In this document: piece by piece, positions 60,401 to 64,000 of the stretch
Numbering within the stretch: the first letter of the stretch is position 1
How the letters are laid out: every line of letters starts with the position of its first letter
NCBI GenBank assembly: GCA_964035545.1
Contig: OZ037766.1
Coordinates: 26,953,673-27,017,672, forward strand
Source: Bugula neritina
Taxonomy: Eukaryota > Animalia > Bryozoa
DNA length: 64,000 bases
Direction of reading: 5' to 3'
Program-made: the position numbers and the translations under genes
The notes under the pieces: model-generated
Seen by the model: the letters and a program-made list of their open reading frames with translations, nothing else
Databases searched by the model: none
Told to the model about the DNA's origin: nothing

Positions 60401-63400
60401 GGGTCACTCTTGTTGGACTCTGTACGAACACAAATGTGTCATTTGAATTACTGACTAGCCTCAAATTATATATTTGATAGACATACTATTCAACTGTTTT
60501 AAATACAACTGAAAATAATCAGAAAGTATAAATTTCTTTCGGGCAAATAGTTCAGCAAAAGCTAAATAATAATTTCGAAATTTTCAGAGGCAAGACCATC
60601 CCAATGCTGGCTGATATAAAAAATTCCACTCCAACAAAAGAAAAATGCTTACAGCTAGTTGATTTGATGGAAAATTTAAATTTCTTTTAGATAAATAGTT
60701 CACCAAAAGCACAGTACTACAATACCACTCCAATCCTAGCTAATATAAAATGATACTCCAAAAGAAGAAAACTGTTCACAGCTAATTGACCTGGTTTAAT
60801 TCACAACTTATTGTAGGTATACGTAACAACTTATTGTAGGTATATGTAACAGCTTACCGTAGGTATATGTAACAGCTTACCTAGTCTAGCCTCAGATTTG
60901 AAGAAACTGGACGACAACTTATCGAGGGACGGTGACAAGCCAATCTTACTGGAACGGACGAGAGGGGACTGAGACAAGGGAGTTACCGAATCCAGCATAG
61001 AGCCCTTCTTAAAGAGAGGCATGGAAGGGGAACCTGGAAGGATTACACTGAGAGTAGATTACAGCAGCCAATAGACCAAACCAAGAGACCAAGAGTGCAT
61101 TCTGGCAAATGCTATTGCCATTTACTTGAATATAAAAACTAAGTACTTCAAAAACATTTCAGGCCAAATACAGCAGCTAATCTTACGAACACCACCCCAT
61201 AAATAATGTACAGTTACTTTGATTTAGGCAGTCAACAGGCTGTTAAGAAGCCAGCATTACTATTACAGAGTTATAGTAAAAACTATACAAGAATCAATTA
61301 CAATTTTGCGAGCCACCTAGCTGTGCTAATGTGCTTATCTTAGAGAACTAATAAACAAACCTTCAAGGAGTTTGCATTGAGCAAGTGAAGTGGAGGACGT
61401 GTTGAAATCATCGTCGTCATCCATTCCAAGAAACGAGGCTTTCATACGCTGTATGCTGGAGGAGTGTACGCCACACTGACTCGCAAGCAGGTGAGACACG
61501 GGGACGAGGTTGTCCTCCTGGATAAATATAAAAATAGAGTAGAGCTGCCATATGAGGCTAAATAACAGAAGACTTAGAATACACAACTTGATGACATAGG
61601 GTGTTACTATTCTTACTGAAAACAACATTAAATCAAAGCACAGCTACAACATACAGGCAACACAACACTCAAGAGTAGCAAACTCTGACAGTGTTCAAAT
61701 GTTCACCTGTGAGCTTAGGTCGTTGGTAACGTCTAAGGGCATTCGATTTTCCACATCCTCTGCTGAACTGTTTAGCTTGAGATAGTTTGTAGCCGATGAG
61801 GGGACCGTACCAGTAGTTCCCACAGTCAAACTGCTACGAGAGGCCACATTGTCTCCTGACGCCAACTTTTCCCCCTGTTCCGTCACATGCACCTTTTGAG
61901 CCTGTAAGGAAACCATTCGGTGTTTAAAAAAAACTGGCAAACGATTGAGAATCATCTGTACACTAATCGTATAAGCAGACTAGCAAAGGGTAAAGAGTAG
62001 TAGAGGAACGGTGGCAATCTTAACTATTTACATTAGGGGTCATATACATGATAAATACAAACCCTACAGCTAGCAAACTTAGCAAAATGGCAGTAGGGGT
62101 TTGGGGGCAATCTGAGCCACATACAACTCACATTGAATGAACACCCAAACATTAATGATTAAATCTATCAACGCTACAGCTGGCAAACTTATACTGGTGT
62201 CAACTCACTTGCACAGAGGTGTTCTGTAAGTGTAAAGCCTTCAATCTTTTGACATCTGCTGCAGGTGATTTATAAGGCTGGATATTATCATCATCTGAGT
62301 CATCATCTAGCAGACCATACTTGGAGAAGTGTTTCACCTGACCAGAATAACGTACCATGTGATGCATAAGTATTTAGTACAGTTCTCTGTTCATATTACA
62401 ACTTATGCTATGTAATCACTCAAAGAGAGAATAACTCCAGGAGCAGTGATTCTATCTTTTATCCATCAATTTATTACAGGTAAGAAAATACCCAAAATTC
62501 AATTCAAAAACAGGTCCAAGTGTCTTGAGCAATTTTCCAAAATTTTAATTTTCGGTTAAACTGCTTGTTATATATTTATTTTATCTTGACTCCATTATGA
62601 GATTTAATAGTAAATACATTTTTATGTGGAATCAAAAAACTTCCCCATCTTATGGAGTAACTTGAACATTTTGGGAGAATATATATAGCCAATACAAATG
62701 AAAAAGCTCCAAGCAGGTTTTTCGAAGCTGAAAGAAATGCTTAATCACAAATTCTACTGAAACCAAAAATAATATGGAATTATTACAAAACAGGAAGTGA
62801 TAAAAAATCCATACCTCAAACACCCAAGAGCCTGTGTCTGGTCGATAGTCTATAAACTTAGCACCAATTCTAGAAGTAGCTGCCTCTATCTTGTCCTGGT
62901 AGTTCATAAGTCTCAGCCGTTCAGGGGACTGTAGAATATAATATAACATACTGCATACGGTGTAGAGAATAGAATACAATATAATCCTATATTATATTAT
63001 GTATTACAAATCAAGAGCCAATTGGAATATTTGACAAGTTGAGTCTGTGAAAATTTCATTGTTCTTTTATTATCAAACTTGACATAAACACGTACATCAT
63101 TCCAAGATTTATCAGTAACTAAAGAAGTACACAAATAACATAATTTAAATAATACACTACTTTTTGAATGCAAAAGTAATTGTGTAAATTATGGTGTCTG
63201 TGCATTCCTTTAGTTGCCATAATATATGCATACCCACACACAGACATGCATGAGCAAGTGAGTGCTGGTGAGTGTATATATTCTTTTCTTACTTTTATGG
63301 GGCTGCGGGTAGACTTTTCATTGGGCCAAACGCAGTCCAGGGTGACCTCAGCCCGTTTATTCAGCCCTTCGCCCTCGGGTGGCTTATCATCGTCATCCGG

Positions 63401-64000
63401 ATAAATCGTGACTTCCTTTCTCCGGAAGTGAACTACAACCATGATAGCCGAAAGTATAATCATAGCTAATAGTGCAGACAACTCGTGATACAACTACTGA
63501 GAGAGTACAGCTGATAGAGATATGAAGTACCAGCTGGTAGAAGACAACCCTTACCTATTCTATCGATATCCAGTCCTGCTACATTCGTGTATCCGGGGAA
63601 GAAGACACTACCATATCCTTCCCTTCCAATACTCAGATTCTCCACATAGCAGTCTCCTTTGTCATTCAAATAGTCTGGCAGTTCATCCAAAGAGGGTATA
63701 GTAAAATAGTCAGTTCGTGTGCAGATAACTCCACAGGGATGGGGAGTAGTGGTCTTGTCTTCCTCTAATACATCAGTCTACAAAGAACAAATAAATAACA
63801 GTAAGTAGTATTGGACTGTGAACAAAACAGATACCTGCCATGAGATACAGCAGAAGTAAATTCCCACGAGGTAAAATTAACAAACCTCATTTGGCAGCGC
63901 CTGGCTAGCGCTGATGTCTGCGTGCTCGCGTTTGCTGACACTAAGCTGAACCTGGGAGTCCCTGTTGGAATGACGAGGGGAAGGAGTGTACGGGGAGACT
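54479..64000 (-). CDS. NUP98: Nucleoporin NUP98-NUP96 precursor, 3' part (autoproteolytic domain and Nup96); 5' end lies outside the window
   Basis: Exons include 64000-63886, 63777-63555 ([32 protein letters not shown]), 63432-63293 ([23 protein letters not shown]), 62928-62815 ([11 protein letters not shown]) and 62337-62209 ([12 protein letters not shown] cleavage site). Nup96 exons follow ([57 protein letters not shown]); last exon 54575-54479. Confidence 0.96.
55197..55297. repeat. ~31-nt intronic tandem repeat (CTATATCATAGTAGACAACATGATGA...)
   Basis: Three diverged units in a NUP98-96 intron. Confidence 0.75.
60803..60881. repeat. 23-nt tandem repeat spanning a NUP98-96 5' splice site
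   Basis: About 3.4 units ACA(A/G)CTTA(TT/CC)GTAGGTATA(C/T)GTA. Confidence 0.85.

Noticed and set aside
62323-62331. HFS autoproteolysis site as a novelty
   Set aside because: Well-established feature of NUP98-96; recorded under features only.

Overview
AT-rich eukaryotic genomic DNA with GT-AG introns, most likely from an invertebrate animal (taxon not determinable from sequence alone). About the first 18 kb is a nest of decayed transposable elements: a Rex1/Babar-like LINE split by two different LTR-retrotransposon halves and a PIF/Harbinger MITE; an RTE-like element carrying nested MULE-like and hAT insertions; and a Gypsy pol remnant. The remainder holds six intron-containing genes that I spliced by hand: SLC16/MCT-like transporter A (-), SPCS3 (+), a putative secreted NHL beta-propeller/HYR-like protein (-), SLC16/MCT-like transporter B (+), an EGFR-ectodomain-like gene with signal peptide and L1-CR1-L2-CR2 but no visible TM or kinase exons (-), and the 3' part of NUP98-NUP96 (-, continues past the window end). 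Best leads: the apparent kinase-less EGFR decoy, a C2H2 zinc-finger accessory ORF in an LTR element, the NHL/HYR protein with an orphan duplicate of its last exon, and tandem repeats that multiply splice sites. Exon boundaries are manual predictions. Family assignments come from motif recognition, not database searches.
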